Below, one piece after another: positions 18,812-32,283 of a stretch of 64,000 nt of DNA. How positions within the stretch are numbered: position 1 is the first letter of the stretch; each line of letters begins with the position of its first letter. Made by a program: the position numbers and the translations under genes. The notes beneath the pieces are model-generated. The model was not told where the DNA came from and did not search any database. It was given only the letters and a program-made list of their open reading frames with translations. The stretch is from Candidatus Latescibacterota bacterium. Its GTDB lineage: Bacteria > Latescibacterota > UBA2968 > UBA8231. Location: the NCBI GenBank assembly GCA_963422735.1, contig OY730476.1, positions 1,984,001 through 2,048,000 of the forward strand, given 5' to 3'.

Positions 18812-19945
18812 ATGCCCGATCGCCCTACGCTCATCATAGACGGCCACCTCGACTTGGCCTTCAACGCCCTGCACCACCGCCGTGATCTCACCCAAGACGT
18901 CCATGTCCTGCGCGAGCGCGAAGACCCCAAACCCCCAGGCCCTTCGCACCCCGACTCGCTGCGCGACAGAAAGCGCTCCGAAAGCACCTCGCGCGGCATC
19001 GCCACCGTATCCCTGCCGCAAATGCGCCAAGGCTGCGTCGGTATCGCACTCTCGACCATTATGTGCCGAGTGCAGATGCCTACCGGCCTCCTCGACGACG
19101 GCATGAGAACTCAAGAAGCGGCCCACGCCATCGGCCAATCGCATCTTCACTACTACAAAGCACTAGAGCGCGAAGGCCAACTGCGCTTCATCCGCGACCC
19201 AACTGAACTCGACGTGGCCATCGCCGCTTGGCAAAACCCCGACCCAACGACTCCGATCGGCCTGATTCTGAGCATGGAAAGTGCCGACCCCATCTTAGGC
19301 CCCGAGCAAGTAAGCTGGTGGTGGGAGCAGGGCCTGCGATCGGTAGGTCTGACGCATTTTGGTGCCAATACTTGGGGGCATGGCACCGGCACCCGCGGCG
19401 GGTTGTACGCCGATGCCTATCCCCTGCTCGATGCCCTCGCCGCAACGAACATCGCCCTCGATCTGACCCACGCCTCGGATTTGGTCTTCTGGCAGCTTTT
19501 GGACTACTGGTCGGGGCCGGTCCACGCCAGCCACTGCAACTGCCGTGCCCTTGTCCCCGGCCAGCGACACCTCAGCGACGAAATGATCCAAGCCCTTGTC
19601 GAGCGCGGCGGCGTCATCGGCGCGGTCTTTGCCGAATTCATGCTCAATTCCGCTATTGACTTCGACGATCCAGCAACCTATCCGCAAACTGCCCGCCGCC
19701 CCATGTCGGCCGCCGTCGATCACATCGATCACATCTGCCAACTCGCTGGCAACTGCGACCACGTCGCCATTGGCTCCGACCTAGACGGAGGCTTCGGGCG
19801 CGAAATGGCACCTATTGACTACGACACCATTGCCGACCTACAGCGCTTCCTCGACATCCTCGACCGGCGGGGCTACTCGACCAACGATATTGCAGCTATA
19901 GCCCACGGCAACCTCTTGCGCTTCTTCCGCCAAGCCTGGAGCTAG
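18812..19945 (+). CDS. Membrane dipeptidase (peptidase M19) family protein, paralog 1
   Basis: DGHLD, SMESAD, DLTH, ASHCN, IGSDLDGG. Confidence 0.88.
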   Translation: MPDRPTLIIDGHLDLAFNALHHRRDLTQDVHVLREREDPKPPGPSHPDSLRDRKRSESTSRGIATVSLPQMRQGCVGIALSTIMCRVQMPTGLLDDGMRTQEAAHAIGQSHLHYYKALEREGQLRFIRDPTELDVAIAAWQNPDPTTPIGLILSMESADPILGPEQVSWWWEQGLRSVGLTHFGANTWGHGTGTRGGLYADAYPLLDALAATNIALDLTHASDLVFWQLLDYWSGPVHASHCNCRALVPGQRHLSDEMIQALVERGGVIGAVFAEFMLNSAIDFDDPATYPQTARRPMSAAVDHIDHICQLAGNCDHVAIGSDLDGGFGREMAPIDYDTIADLQRFLDILDRRGYSTNDIAAIAHGNLLRFFRQAWS

Positions 19946-19949
19946 TATA

Positions 19950-21038
19950 ATGACCGACGCCCGCCCGCTGATCCTCGACAGCCACCTCGATCTAGCTTTC
20001 TCCGCCCTGCAAATCAACCGCGACCTGACGCAAAAGGCGTCCACCGTGCGCGTTCACGACTCGGTGCAGACCATGGAGGGCTTTGGCTCCTGCACGGTGA
20101 CCTTCCCCGAGCTACGCCGCGGTAAGGTCGGCCTCTTCTGCGGCACGGTGATGTCGCGTCTGGACCCGAACGATCGGTGGACCCGCACTGGCATGTACTG
20201 CCAAGCCCAGTGCCACGGCGTCGGCCGCGGGCATCTGGCTTATTACCAAGCACTCGAGCGCACAGGTTTGCTCCGCTTTGTCAAAAGCCGTGCCGATCTA
20301 GACGAAACCATCGCCGCTTGGCAAGACCCCAATCCAACGACTCCCTTCGGCTTAATCCTCGCCATGGAGAGCGCCGACCCCATTTTAGGCCCGGACCAAG
20401 TGCCCGAGTGGCGCGAACTCGGCTTGCGCCTAGTGTCGATCTCGCATTACGGCATCAGCACCTACTCGCACGGCACCGGCACCGAAGGCGGGCTGTTGCC
20501 GCCGGCCAAACCCCTGCTCGACGCACTCAAAGCGGCCGGCATTATCATCGACTTGACCCATTTGACCGACCAAGCCCACTGGGAGCTCTTGGAAGCGTAC
20601 GACGGCCCGGTCTGCGCTTCGCACCACAATTGTCGCACCTTAGTCCCCGGCCAGCGCCAACTCACCGACGAAATGATCCGCTCCATCGCCGAGCGCAATG
20701 GGGTCATCGGCACGGCTTTTGACGCCTGGATGCTCGACCCGGGCTGGCAACGCAAAGTTCCTGCCTTTGAGCAACTGACTAACGCCACTTTGGAAACCGT
20801 TGCCGACCACATCGACCACATCTGCCAGCTTTTGGGCACGTCGCGCCACTGCGGCATTGGCACCGATCTCGACGGCGGCTTCGGCACCGAGCAAGCCCCG
20901 CGCAACCTCAACACCATCGCCGATCTGCAAAAACTCCAGCCCATCCTCGCGCACCGTGGCTATTCGCCAGCAGACATCGCAGGCATTTTCTCCGGCAACT
21001 GGATCCAGTTCTTTAAGGACGTGTGGAGCCGCTCTTAA
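19950..21038 (+). CDS. Membrane dipeptidase (peptidase M19) family protein, paralog 2
   Basis: DSHLD, AMESAD, DLTH, ASHHN, IGTDLDGG. Confidence 0.88.
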   Translation: MTDARPLILDSHLDLAFSALQINRDLTQKASTVRVHDSVQTMEGFGSCTVTFPELRRGKVGLFCGTVMSRLDPNDRWTRTGMYCQAQCHGVGRGHLAYYQALERTGLLRFVKSRADLDETIAAWQDPNPTTPFGLILAMESADPILGPDQVPEWRELGLRLVSISHYGISTYSHGTGTEGGLLPPAKPLLDALKAAGIIIDLTHLTDQAHWELLEAYDGPVCASHHNCRTLVPGQRQLTDEMIRSIAERNGVIGTAFDAWMLDPGWQRKVPAFEQLTNATLETVADHIDHICQLLGTSRHCGIGTDLDGGFGTEQAPRNLNTIADLQKLQPILAHRGYSPADIAGIFSGNWIQFFKDVWSRS

Positions 21039-21198
21039 TCTGCAACAACATCTGAGCCTGTTCCTGCTTTCTCTTTCTTTTCGTTACAAATCGTTCAAAT
21101 TTTTCTCTCCTTCTTGTCATTATCGCCATTTTTGCCTATACTTTGCTCAAGTTAATTACATAATAATTTTTAAACTATTTATTTAGGGAGAAATTGAC

Positions 21199-22917
21199 AT
21201 GGCGAGAGGAGCCGACAAAGTCATCGAAGCGCTCGACCGCTTCGGCGTCGAGTACGTCTTCGGCCATCCGGGCGGCGCGGCCATGCCCATCTTCGACGCG
21301 CTGCTCAACTCCAAGCAGATCCGCTTTGTCCTCACCCGGCACGAGCAAGGCGCGACCCACATGGCCGACGGCTACGCTCGCGCCACTGGCAAGCCCGGCG
21401 TCGCCCTCGTAACCTCCGGTCCGGGCGCAACCAACACCATCACTGGCCTGCTAACCGCGCTGATGGATTCCTCGCCCGTCGTCGCACTTACCGGCCAGAC
21501 CGTCACTCCCATGCTCGGCAAAGATGCCTTTCAGGAGGCCGATGTCTTCGGCATCTCCATGCCCGTCGTTAAGCACTCCTATTTGGTCAGGGACCCCAAT
21601 GACATCCCCCGCGTGATGACCGAGGCATTCCACATCGCCACCACCGGCCGACAGGGGCCGGTGCTCGTCGATCTGCCCAAGGACGTTACGCAGGGCGGCC
21701 CCTTCCCCGAATGCACCGCCGATTTTCCAGAGAAGGTGTACTTGCCTGGTTACACTTGGCAGACCAAGCCCGCGCCCGAACTGCTCGAAGCCGCCGCTGC
21801 CCTCCTGCGCCGCAGTAAGCGCCCCCTGCTCTACTTGGGTGGTGGCTGCATTGCCTCAAGCGCCCACGAAGTCGCCAAGGCCTTTGCCGAAAAGACGCGG
21901 ATGCCCGTGACCAACACTCTGCTCGGCAAGGGAGCGTTCCCCGAGCAGCACGCGCTCTCGGTGGGTATGCTCGGCATGCACGGCACGGCCTACGCCAACA
22001 AGGCTGTCGTCGGCTGCGACCTGATTATGTCGGTGGGGGGGCGCTGGGACGACCGGATCACCGGCAAACTCTCGGAATTCTGCCCGGATGCGAAAAAGAT
22101 CCACATCGACATCGACCCGGCCGAATACGGCAAAGTGGTCATGCCCGATGTTTTTATCGAGGGCGATGCACGCCAAGTGCTCGAAGAACTAATCAACTAC
22201 GTCGAGCCGATTGACACGGCAGCTTGGCTCGCCCAAATCGACGAGTGGAAGGCGAAATACCCGCTCAAATATGGCAAGCGCGGCGGTCTCAAGATGCAGG
22301 CTGTCATCGACCGTCTGTACGAGCTAACCGCTGGCCGCGCCGTGGTGACCACCGACGTCGGCCAGCATCAGATGTGGGCGGCTCAGTTCTACAAGACAGC
22401 CCACCACCGCCAGTGGCTTTCCTCCGGTGGTGCTGGCACCATGGGCTTTGGCTTTCCCGCGGCCATCGGCGCCCAATTTGGCCGCCCCGAAGAGATCGTG
22501 GTCGCCATCTGCGGCGACGGCGGCTTCCAGATGACCCTGTGCGAACTGGCCACTGCTGTCATCCACCGGCTGCCAATTAAGATCCTAGTCCTCGACAACA
22601 AGTACTTGGGCATGGTTCGCCAATGGCAGAATCTCTTCTTCGACAACCGCCTTTCCGGCGTCGATCTAGAGGGCAATCCCGATTTTTTCAAGCTCGCCGA
22701 GGCCTACGGGGCCAAGGGCTTCCGCATCAAGCGCACCGCCGACATCGACAAAGCCCTCAAGCAGGCTCTTGCCTACGACGAAGGCCCCTGCGTCATCCAC
22801 GCCGAGTGCGAAAAAGAAGACAACGTCTTCCCAATGATCCCGGCTGGGGCCGCGCTCACCGATATGCTGGTCGAGGCCCCCAAGCAGAAATTGGCCCAAC
22901 CCAAAGGAAGTACCTGA
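21199..22917 (+). CDS. ilvB: Acetolactate synthase large subunit
   Basis: [37 protein letters not shown]. Confidence 0.95.
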   Translation: MARGADKVIEALDRFGVEYVFGHPGGAAMPIFDALLNSKQIRFVLTRHEQGATHMADGYARATGKPGVALVTSGPGATNTITGLLTALMDSSPVVALTGQTVTPMLGKDAFQEADVFGISMPVVKHSYLVRDPNDIPRVMTEAFHIATTGRQGPVLVDLPKDVTQGGPFPECTADFPEKVYLPGYTWQTKPAPELLEAAAALLRRSKRPLLYLGGGCIASSAHEVAKAFAEKTRMPVTNTLLGKGAFPEQHALSVGMLGMHGTAYANKAVVGCDLIMSVGGRWDDRITGKLSEFCPDAKKIHIDIDPAEYGKVVMPDVFIEGDARQVLEELINYVEPIDTAAWLAQIDEWKAKYPLKYGKRGGLKMQAVIDRLYELTAGRAVVTTDVGQHQMWAAQFYKTAHHRQWLSSGGAGTMGFGFPAAIGAQFGRPEEIVVAICGDGGFQMTLCELATAVIHRLPIKILVLDNKYLGMVRQWQNLFFDNRLSGVDLEGNPDFFKLAEAYGAKGFRIKRTADIDKALKQALAYDEGPCVIHAECEKEDNVFPMIPAGAALTDMLVEAPKQKLAQPKGST

Positions 22918-23495
22918 TGCCTACGACTGCCATCGACTTTGCCGCCGCAGACCTCAACGCCCGCCAAGAGGCTGTGGACGCGCCACAACTCAAGCCGACC
23001 GAGCCCCAGCAAAAAACGACCATCGGCCTGTTGGTCAACGACCGTCCCGGCGTCCTAGTGAGGATCGCCCAGTGCTTCGCTCGCCGCGGCTACAATATCG
23101 AGAATCTAGTTGTCTCGCCGGCCCACATCCCCCAGTGCTCGCGCATGACCATCACCAGCATTGGCCCCGCCGCCGAGTTGCATCAGATCATTCTCCAACT
23201 CAACAAATTAGTCGATGTCATTCACGCCAAGGACCACCCGGCCGACAACGCGATTACCCGCGAATTGGCTCTCTTCAAGGTCGGCTGCTCGGTCGCCGAG
23301 CGCACCGAGGTCTTGCAGATCGCCGAAGTATTCCGCGGCAAGACGGTCGATATTTCAGAGGCGACCATCACCATCGAGGCCACTGGCACCACCGAGAAGA
23401 TGGATGCGCTCGAATCGCTTTTGAGCAAATTCGACCTCAAGGAGATGGTTCGCACTGGCAAGGTGGTCATGGCCCGCGGCATCGAGCCAACATAA
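22917..23495 (+). CDS. ilvN: Acetolactate synthase small (ACT) subunit
   Basis: ATG overlaps the ilvB stop; LVNDRPGVL, RRGYNI, QLNKLVDV, EMVRTG. Confidence 0.93.
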   Translation: MPTTAIDFAAADLNARQEAVDAPQLKPTEPQQKTTIGLLVNDRPGVLVRIAQCFARRGYNIENLVVSPAHIPQCSRMTITSIGPAAELHQIILQLNKLVDVIHAKDHPADNAITRELALFKVGCSVAERTEVLQIAEVFRGKTVDISEATITIEATGTTEKMDALESLLSKFDLKEMVRTGKVVMARGIEPT

Positions 23496-23496
23496 A

Positions 23497-23529
23497 AAAA
23501 GGGGGACGGGCATCGCCCGTCCCCCTTTT
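23497..23529. terminator. Bidirectional intrinsic terminator between ilvN and the TonB-dependent receptor
   Basis: AAAA-GGGGGACGGGC-ATC-GCCCGTCCCCC-TTTT: perfect stem with A and T tracts, between convergent genes. Confidence 0.9.
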
Positions 23530-23546
23530 GCCTGCTGTACCTTCCC

Positions 23547-26420
23547 TTAAAACGCCACGCCCAATTGCCCAAAGACCAAGCGGCCGATCTCCGGTGCTCC
23601 AATAAAGGTCCGGTGCTTGTTGTCGAGCGCGTTGGAAACATCTACTCCGAGCCGCAAGCTGCGGCCGAACGGCAGCAGGTAACTCGCGTTCAAATCGAGT
23701 AGTGAATATGCGTCCACATCCCCGACGAATACTCCCGCCTGCTGGCGGAACGCCCCCACGTAGCGCCACTGCGCCCCTAGGGTCAGTTGCGGTTGGTCGA
23801 AGGTGTAGGACGTGCCTAGCTTGAATTTGTTCGCCGGCGCGTTGAGGGCCACGTCGGCAATGCCATCGACATTTTTAAATAAGGTCTCATCGACATAAGA
23901 ATAGCTGCCCGTTAGCGACCATTGCTCGCTAGGGAAATAGGCCAAGCTCACATCCAAGCCGTTAAGGGTGATCTCGCCGAAGTTGCGATAGGTCAACATT
24001 ACTGCCGTCGGGTCGTAGGCCTGCTCCGGCGTAACCGTGCCAAACGGTATGCTCGCGGCCCCACCAGCAAACAAAGTGACAATTTCATCGACCGGAGAAA
24101 CATTGCCGTTGCCAGACAAGGTGCCCGGCACCTGCATATTGTCGAGTGGGGCAACCGCCGCGGCCAACTCTGCATTCTCGGCCAGCGCCTCGCTGAGGCT
24201 GGCACCTAGGGCCACTCCCAGACTTTCCGAATCGAGAAAGACATTGGGCGTCTGGACCTGAAGCGGGGAGACGAAATCTTGGATCCGGGTGTGATATAGG
24301 TCGGCGGCTACCACTAACTTGTTGCCAATTAGCCCCTTGTAGCCCAATTCATAAGTCTCGGTGGTTGTCGAGCGGGTCAGCGGTACATCAAAAACATCGG
24401 CTACCGGATCAAAGGGTGCCGAATCGCCGGCAGCCACCTTCTCGAGGTTGAGCATACTTAGGGCGTTGTCCAACCCCGTCAGTTGTTCGGGTACCAGCGA
24501 AACTAACCCGTCCAATAGCTGCTGGGCGGCAGCTTCCGCCGCTGCTTGGTCTAGCCCTTGCAGCACCCCTATTTGGGTCGCCGCTAGTCCTAGAAAAAGC
24601 GGTGTATTGAGTCTGCTCAACACGCCCCTGCGTCCCAGCCCCCACATCACATTGGTAAAGCTCGAATCCCCCAAGTCGATGAAGTCGGCCGGCTTCATCT
24701 CCGCCAACGGCGCGAAGGGCGAGCGGAACTGCGGCCGGCCATTGCCCGACCGGGCGAAGGTCCAGCCGCTGGCAAAGCCCTCGCGATAGGTTCCCTGCAC
24801 GCGGATATCGATGGCCGGCGCAAACCCCAGAGACGGCTCAAAATTCTTGCCCAAATCGAAGGCATCCTGCCTAGAGCGGATATCCAAATAGAGGTTGTTG
24901 CTCGACGGAGTGGCAAAGGCGCGGTTGTACGTCAGCCTCAGGGTCTGGGTCTCTTTGGGCTTGAAGACCAGCCCGGCGCGCGGCGAAATTTCGGCGTCGG
25001 CAATGCGGTTGTGGTCGTCGTAGCGCAGGGCCACCACCAAGTCGAGCATCTCGCTCAGGGCCGTCTCGCTCTGCACGTAGGCCCCAAACTCGTCGATCTG
25101 GTCGTAGTCTTCGTTGCCGCCGTTGATGGTTCCCTTGGTATCGGGCCTCGTCAGCAGCACATCTGCACCGTAAGTAAAGTGCTGCCGCACTCCCAGCGAC
25201 GAAGAGTGCTGGAGCTGGAACGCGGTCAGCTTGGAATTATCGACGATCGGCTGGCCATCGCGCAGGGTAAAGGTCTTGCCGGCGTTGCTCCCGTTCTGGA
25301 AGACTTGGGCGAACCAATTCTTGTACAGCAGGCGAAGCTGGACGTAGTTGTACGCCCAGTCTTGGGTCTGGCCGGCTCCTAAGCCGGTCAACTCGATCTG
25401 GTCGCCCTTGCTGTATCCGGCCGCCAAAATGGCCGTCAAGTCGTCTGCGGGCCGGTAGTCCAAGCGCACTTCAGCGCTCTGGCGCTCAATGTCAAAATCG
25501 CGCGGTGGGATGTCTGGATTGGCGGCTCTAGCCTGCACCTCCTCTGGGTCTTCGTATTCCCAGTCCATTCCCGTATAGTACTGGGCCGAAACCTTGTAGC
25601 CGAGGCGGTCGCCAACAGCCCCGGCGTGGCGCATACCGACTTGGTACACACTTCGCTCGCCCAAGCCAAAGTTGACATTAGTTCCCGCCGAAGTAAACGG
25701 CGAACGAGTGATGATGTGCATCACGCCACTAGCACTATTAGGCCCGTAGAGTGCCGACCCCGGCCCCAATACCACCTCGATGCGCTCGATATCGCCGTTG
25801 GTCACCGGAATGAAATTGTAGGCATTCAGTCGCAAAGAGGGGACGCGGGCAATGCGATTGTCGGTCAGCGTCAGCAAGGCACCCGAAAAGATATTGTTGA
25901 ATCCCCGTACGACCACATTGCTTTGCACCAAACCGGTCTGGGAAAAATCTACCGCCGGCAGGTCGCGGATGTGTTCGGCGACGCTGAGTGCCGGCCGATT
26001 GCGGATCTCTTTGGCCTCGACCACCGCCACTGAGGCCGGGGCGTTGAGAATTTTTTCCTGACGCCGCGAGGCCGAGACTACATTCTGGTCGAGGAAGATG
26101 ATCCCGGTCTCCAGCGTCAGCATCAGCTCCTGCTCGCCAGCGACGATGCCAACCCCTTCTCGCGTTAGGGACCGATAGCCGATGTGCGTGACGCTGAGCT
26201 GATACTCGCCGGTCGGCAGCCCCTCCAAGCGGAAGCGACCCTCTTCGTCGGTGGCCGTGCCGGTCTTGCCGCTCGGCAGCAGGTCGCCGACGAGGACGAT
26301 GTTGGCACCCGGGATGGCTTCGCCCTCCGGCCCCACCACGACACCGGCAAGCGTTCCTTCCTCGCCGAAGGCGACGCCCGCCCACAGCACGAAGGCATAT
26401 AATAGCAGCTTGTACTTCAT
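23547..26420 (-). CDS. TonB-dependent receptor with N-terminal carboxypeptidase-regulatory-like domain
   Basis: Signal peptide; VVSASR TonB-box region; IERIEVVLGPGSALYG plug motif; C-terminal NALD...GR...F. Confidence 0.93.
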   Translation of the reverse strand: MKYKLLLYAFVLWAGVAFGEEGTLAGVVVGPEGEAIPGANIVLVGDLLPSGKTGTATDEEGRFRLEGLPTGEYQLSVTHIGYRSLTREGVGIVAGEQELMLTLETGIIFLDQNVVSASRRQEKILNAPASVAVVEAKEIRNRPALSVAEHIRDLPAVDFSQTGLVQSNVVVRGFNNIFSGALLTLTDNRIARVPSLRLNAYNFIPVTNGDIERIEVVLGPGSALYGPNSASGVMHIITRSPFTSAGTNVNFGLGERSVYQVGMRHAGAVGDRLGYKVSAQYYTGMDWEYEDPEEVQARAANPDIPPRDFDIERQSAEVRLDYRPADDLTAILAAGYSKGDQIELTGLGAGQTQDWAYNYVQLRLLYKNWFAQVFQNGSNAGKTFTLRDGQPIVDNSKLTAFQLQHSSSLGVRQHFTYGADVLLTRPDTKGTINGGNEDYDQIDEFGAYVQSETALSEMLDLVVALRYDDHNRIADAEISPRAGLVFKPKETQTLRLTYNRAFATPSSNNLYLDIRSRQDAFDLGKNFEPSLGFAPAIDIRVQGTYREGFASGWTFARSGNGRPQFRSPFAPLAEMKPADFIDLGDSSFTNVMWGLGRRGVLSRLNTPLFLGLAATQIGVLQGLDQAAAEAAAQQLLDGLVSLVPEQLTGLDNALSMLNLEKVAAGDSAPFDPVADVFDVPLTRSTTTETYELGYKGLIGNKLVVAADLYHTRIQDFVSPLQVQTPNVFLDSESLGVALGASLSEALAENAELAAAVAPLDNMQVPGTLSGNGNVSPVDEIVTLFAGGAASIPFGTVTPEQAYDPTAVMLTYRNFGEITLNGLDVSLAYFPSEQWSLTGSYSYVDETLFKNVDGIADVALNAPANKFKLGTSYTFDQPQLTLGAQWRYVGAFRQQAGVFVGDVDAYSLLDLNASYLLPFGRSLRLGVDVSNALDNKHRTFIGAPEIGRLVFGQLGVAF

Positions 26421-26533
26421 AATTAGCTCCTTGTTTTTGGCCCAAATCTACCCCCAAGCACATGATCCCGCTACCCCTATACCTGAATAAGCAGCGTTGT
26501 GCAGCGTCTGCCGCTTGCTGCCACCGACCCGGG

Positions 26534-26559
26534 GTCATTCCCGCGCAAGGGGGAATCCA
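26534..26559 (+). repeat. CGTC/GTCAT-type REP-like palindrome with ATTCCC-N8-GGGAAT core
   Basis: GTCATTCCCGCGCAAGGGGGAATCCA in an intergenic region. Confidence 0.65.
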
Positions 26560-26804
26560 AGGGGGCGGATCGAGCTACCGCTACCGGCTGTCAGAACTGC
26601 GTAACGTCAGTAAGCAATCTCGCAGCGCATTACCGAGCAAAGGCAAAATCGCTTCTTCAGGCATCTCGTCGCGTAGCGATAGCTCGGTCTATCTCCACTT
26701 CCCATCCTTTCTCCTCTACAGGTCCCGCCGCTCTATTGATTCCCCGCGCCTCCATTGCGTATTTTCCCAGCCTTAATTCACCCACGCTATCGGAGACTTA
26801 TTCC

Positions 26805-27824
26805 ATGCCAGACAAACTCAAACTCGCCTTTATTGGCTGCGGTGCCATCGCTCGCTTTCACCTCGACGGCATCAAGGGCCACGCTCCCCGCATCGCCGTC
26901 ACCGCGTTAGTCGATCTCGACGAATTCAAAGCGCAAGCCTACGCCGCTGAAACCAACGGACAGGCCTTCACCTCGCTCGACGAAGCCCTCTCAAGAGGCG
27001 ACTTCGACGCCGTCGATATCATGCTGCCCCACGACCTACACGAATCCATCGCCCTCCAATGCCTCGCCGCCGGCAAGCACGTGCTGTTAGAAAAGCCCAT
27101 GGCCCCCACCCTCGACGCCTGCGACCGCATTCTCGCGGCCGCCCGCGAGGCCCCGGGCGTCTTCATGATCGCTGAAAACAGCCAGTACTGGCCCGAAATT
27201 GTCGAGGCCCAAAAGTTTCTTGCAGCCGGAGCTATCGGCGAGATCATCACCGCCCGCGCGGCCTTTGTCTATCCTTTTGACGACTACTGGTTCAAAGAAG
27301 AGCGGCCTTGGCGCTACGAACAGGGGCGCACCGGCGGCGGCATCGCCATCGACGGAGGCTCGCACTGGATCCGGCCCTTGCGCATGTGGATGGGCGAAAT
27401 CAAAGAGGTAGTCGGCGTGTTGGGGCATCCGCTCGCGCAAATGGAGGGCGAGTCCCTCGCCCGTGCGCTCTTTCGCTTTGACTCGGGCAAGACCGCCGTT
27501 TTCGACGCCATGATGATCGACACGGTCTTTGCCCCGGACCCTTGGTGGCGTATCACCGGCACCAAGGGAGAGCTGACCATCAACGCGGGACTCGACGGTG
27601 CCGAACTCTGGCTGTGGGACGCAGACCATCCCGAGGGCAAGCGGCTTTTTGCGAGCTTAGGGTACACCGAGTCCTTTGGGCCGGAACTGGCCGATTTTGC
27701 CGCCGCCATCCTCGACGGCAAGGCCCCAGACGCGCCGCCGGAGCACGCTCTCGGCGAGCTGCGCACGGCCTTGGCCCTCTATCGCTCGGCCACGAGCCAG
27801 CGTTGGGAAAAGGTGTGGGCGTGA
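26805..27824 (+). CDS. Gfo/Idh/MocA family oxidoreductase
   Basis: IGCGAIA, GKHVLLEKP, GGGIAIDGGSH; start at MPDKL after SD GGAG. Confidence 0.9.
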   Translation: MPDKLKLAFIGCGAIARFHLDGIKGHAPRIAVTALVDLDEFKAQAYAAETNGQAFTSLDEALSRGDFDAVDIMLPHDLHESIALQCLAAGKHVLLEKPMAPTLDACDRILAAAREAPGVFMIAENSQYWPEIVEAQKFLAAGAIGEIITARAAFVYPFDDYWFKEERPWRYEQGRTGGGIAIDGGSHWIRPLRMWMGEIKEVVGVLGHPLAQMEGESLARALFRFDSGKTAVFDAMMIDTVFAPDPWWRITGTKGELTINAGLDGAELWLWDADHPEGKRLFASLGYTESFGPELADFAAAILDGKAPDAPPEHALGELRTALALYRSATSQRWEKVWA

Positions 27825-28013
27825 TGTTGCACGAACCTCTCCTTTGGGATATATTCAGCCCTTGCGAGGTAGTTCCTCGAAGCACCGAGCATGTTCGACC
27901 CTTGGACTCTTCCCAACACCCTATCGCCCTCCTTTTTAATCTCAGCGGCAAAGGCTGTCAAGGCCGAGATGCCCTCTCGATTCAAAACGCATTAGTTATA
28001 GAATAGGAAAGAA

Positions 28014-30644
<2,631 letters not shown>

Positions 30645-30653
30645 ACTTCTGCC

Positions 30654-31421
30654 GTGAGTCGGGTCATCGCCATATCCAATCAAAAAGGAGGAGTCGGCAA
30701 GACTACTACAGCCGTCAACTTGGCGGCCTGCCTCGCCGTGGCCGAGCAAAAGACCCTGCTCATCGACATGGACCCACAGGCCAACGCCACTTCTGGCTGC
30801 GGCTTTCAGAACAGCAAGGAAGTCGAAACATCCAATATCTACCACGCGCTGATCGGACAAAAGGCGACTGCCGAGGTCACCTACGAGACCAAGATATCCT
30901 TCCTGTCCTTGATCCCCTCGCACATTAACCTGACGGGTGCCGAGGTCGAGATGGTCAACATGATCGCCCGCGAGCAGAAGTTGGAGGGGCTGCTCGACCA
31001 AGTCCGCGACCAATACGCCTATATCATTCTCGACTGTCCGCCCTCTTTGGGGCTGCTAACCCTCAACTCTCTGACCGCGGCCGACTCGGTGATGATACCC
31101 ATTCAGTGTGAGTACTACGCGCTAGAAGGCCTCGGCCGACTGCTCAACACCGTGCGTCAGATCCAACGCCATCTCAACCCCAAGCTCCAGATAGCTGGCG
31201 TCCTGCTCACCATGTTTGACGGACGCTTGAACCTATCGCGCCAAGTATCTTCAGAGGTCAAGTCCTACTTCGGCAACAAGGTGTACAAGACCTCCATCAG
31301 CCGCAATGTACGCCTAGCCGAGGCCCCTAGCCACGGCCAACCCATCGTGCTCTACGACATCTTGTCGCAGGGATCTCAGGATTACATGAGCCTCGCAGGA
31401 GAAGTGATCGACCATGGGTAA
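30654..31421 (+). CDS. parA: Chromosome partitioning ATPase ParA/Soj
   Basis: [34 protein letters not shown]. Confidence 0.95.
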   Translation: MSRVIAISNQKGGVGKTTTAVNLAACLAVAEQKTLLIDMDPQANATSGCGFQNSKEVETSNIYHALIGQKATAEVTYETKISFLSLIPSHINLTGAEVEMVNMIAREQKLEGLLDQVRDQYAYIILDCPPSLGLLTLNSLTAADSVMIPIQCEYYALEGLGRLLNTVRQIQRHLNPKLQIAGVLLTMFDGRLNLSRQVSSEVKSYFGNKVYKTSISRNVRLAEAPSHGQPIVLYDILSQGSQDYMSLAGEVIDHG

Positions 31422-32283
31422 AAAGCCGGTCCTCGGCAAGGGCATCAGCGCCCTCATCCCGGAATATGCCGAACCTAGCGGCCAAGGCGACGCCTCGCGC
31501 CAGATCGTCTATCTCAACGTCGACGAGATCGAACCCAACCCCTATCAAGCCCGCACCGAGTTCGACGAGGAGCGCATCGACGAGCTAATGCACTCGATCC
31601 AAGAGAAAGGCGTCATCCAGCCCATCACTGTCAACCGCATCGGCCAGAGCTACCAGCTCATCGCTGGCGAGCGCCGTTGGCAAGCCACCAAGAAGGCGGG
31701 GATCCAAGAAATACCAGCGATCATCCACGAAATCGAGTCTCAGCAAGACTTGATGGAGCTATCACTGATCGAGAACATCCAGCGCGAAAACCTGACCCCC
31801 ATCGAAGAAGCCGAAGGCTACCGCTCGCTGACCGATAAGTGCTTTCTCACGCAGGAGGAAGTCGCCCGCAAGGTGGGGAAAAATCGCTCGACCGTGACCA
31901 ATCTCCTCAGGCTGTTGCAATTGCCGCACGAAGTCCAAGAATTCTTGCGCCGCAGCCAATTGCAGATGGGACACGCCCGCGCCCTGCTCGGCCTCGAAGA
32001 AGACGAAGACCGGCTCGCGCTGGCCCGCCGAGCGGTCGAGGAAAAAATGACCGTCCGCGAAGTCGAAAAGGCGGTCGCCGATCAGCGCGCGGGCCGCGGC
32101 AAAAAGAAGCCTCCCAAAGAAGTCCACAGCGACCCCCACATACGCGACTATGAGGATCGGTTGCAGCACCGCTTCGGCACGGCGGTCAACATCCGCCGCA
32201 AGGCAAACAAGGGGTGGATCCAGGTCGCATTTTACAACGATGGCGATCTAGAGCGGATACTCGATCTGCTCGACGGCGAATGA
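31414..32283 (+). CDS. parB: Chromosome partitioning protein ParB/Spo0J
   Basis: [32 protein letters not shown] region. Confidence 0.95.
   Translation: MGKKPVLGKGISALIPEYAEPSGQGDASRQIVYLNVDEIEPNPYQARTEFDEERIDELMHSIQEKGVIQPITVNRIGQSYQLIAGERRWQATKKAGIQEIPAIIHEIESQQDLMELSLIENIQRENLTPIEEAEGYRSLTDKCFLTQEEVARKVGKNRSTVTNLLRLLQLPHEVQEFLRRSQLQMGHARALLGLEEDEDRLALARRAVEEKMTVREVEKAVADQRAGRGKKKPPKEVHSDPHIRDYEDRLQHRFGTAVNIRRKANKGWIQVAFYNDGDLERILDLLDGE

Noticed and set aside
22623-22916. Long N-terminal extensions in track ORFs (ilvN from 22623; also 10924, 26499, 43865, 46252, 55597, 60186, 60518)
   Set aside because: They overlap upstream genes or intergenic DNA; downstream starts fit family N-termini, SD sites or stop/start overlaps better.
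27779-27985. 68-aa minus-strand ORF between the Gfo oxidoreductase and ppdK
   Set aside because: No SD or recognisable motif and it overlaps the oxidoreductase 3' end; it may be a gene relic but I cannot support it.
30654-32283. parS sites or oriC near parAB
   Set aside because: No TGTTTCACGTGAAACA-like palindrome or DnaA-box cluster seen.
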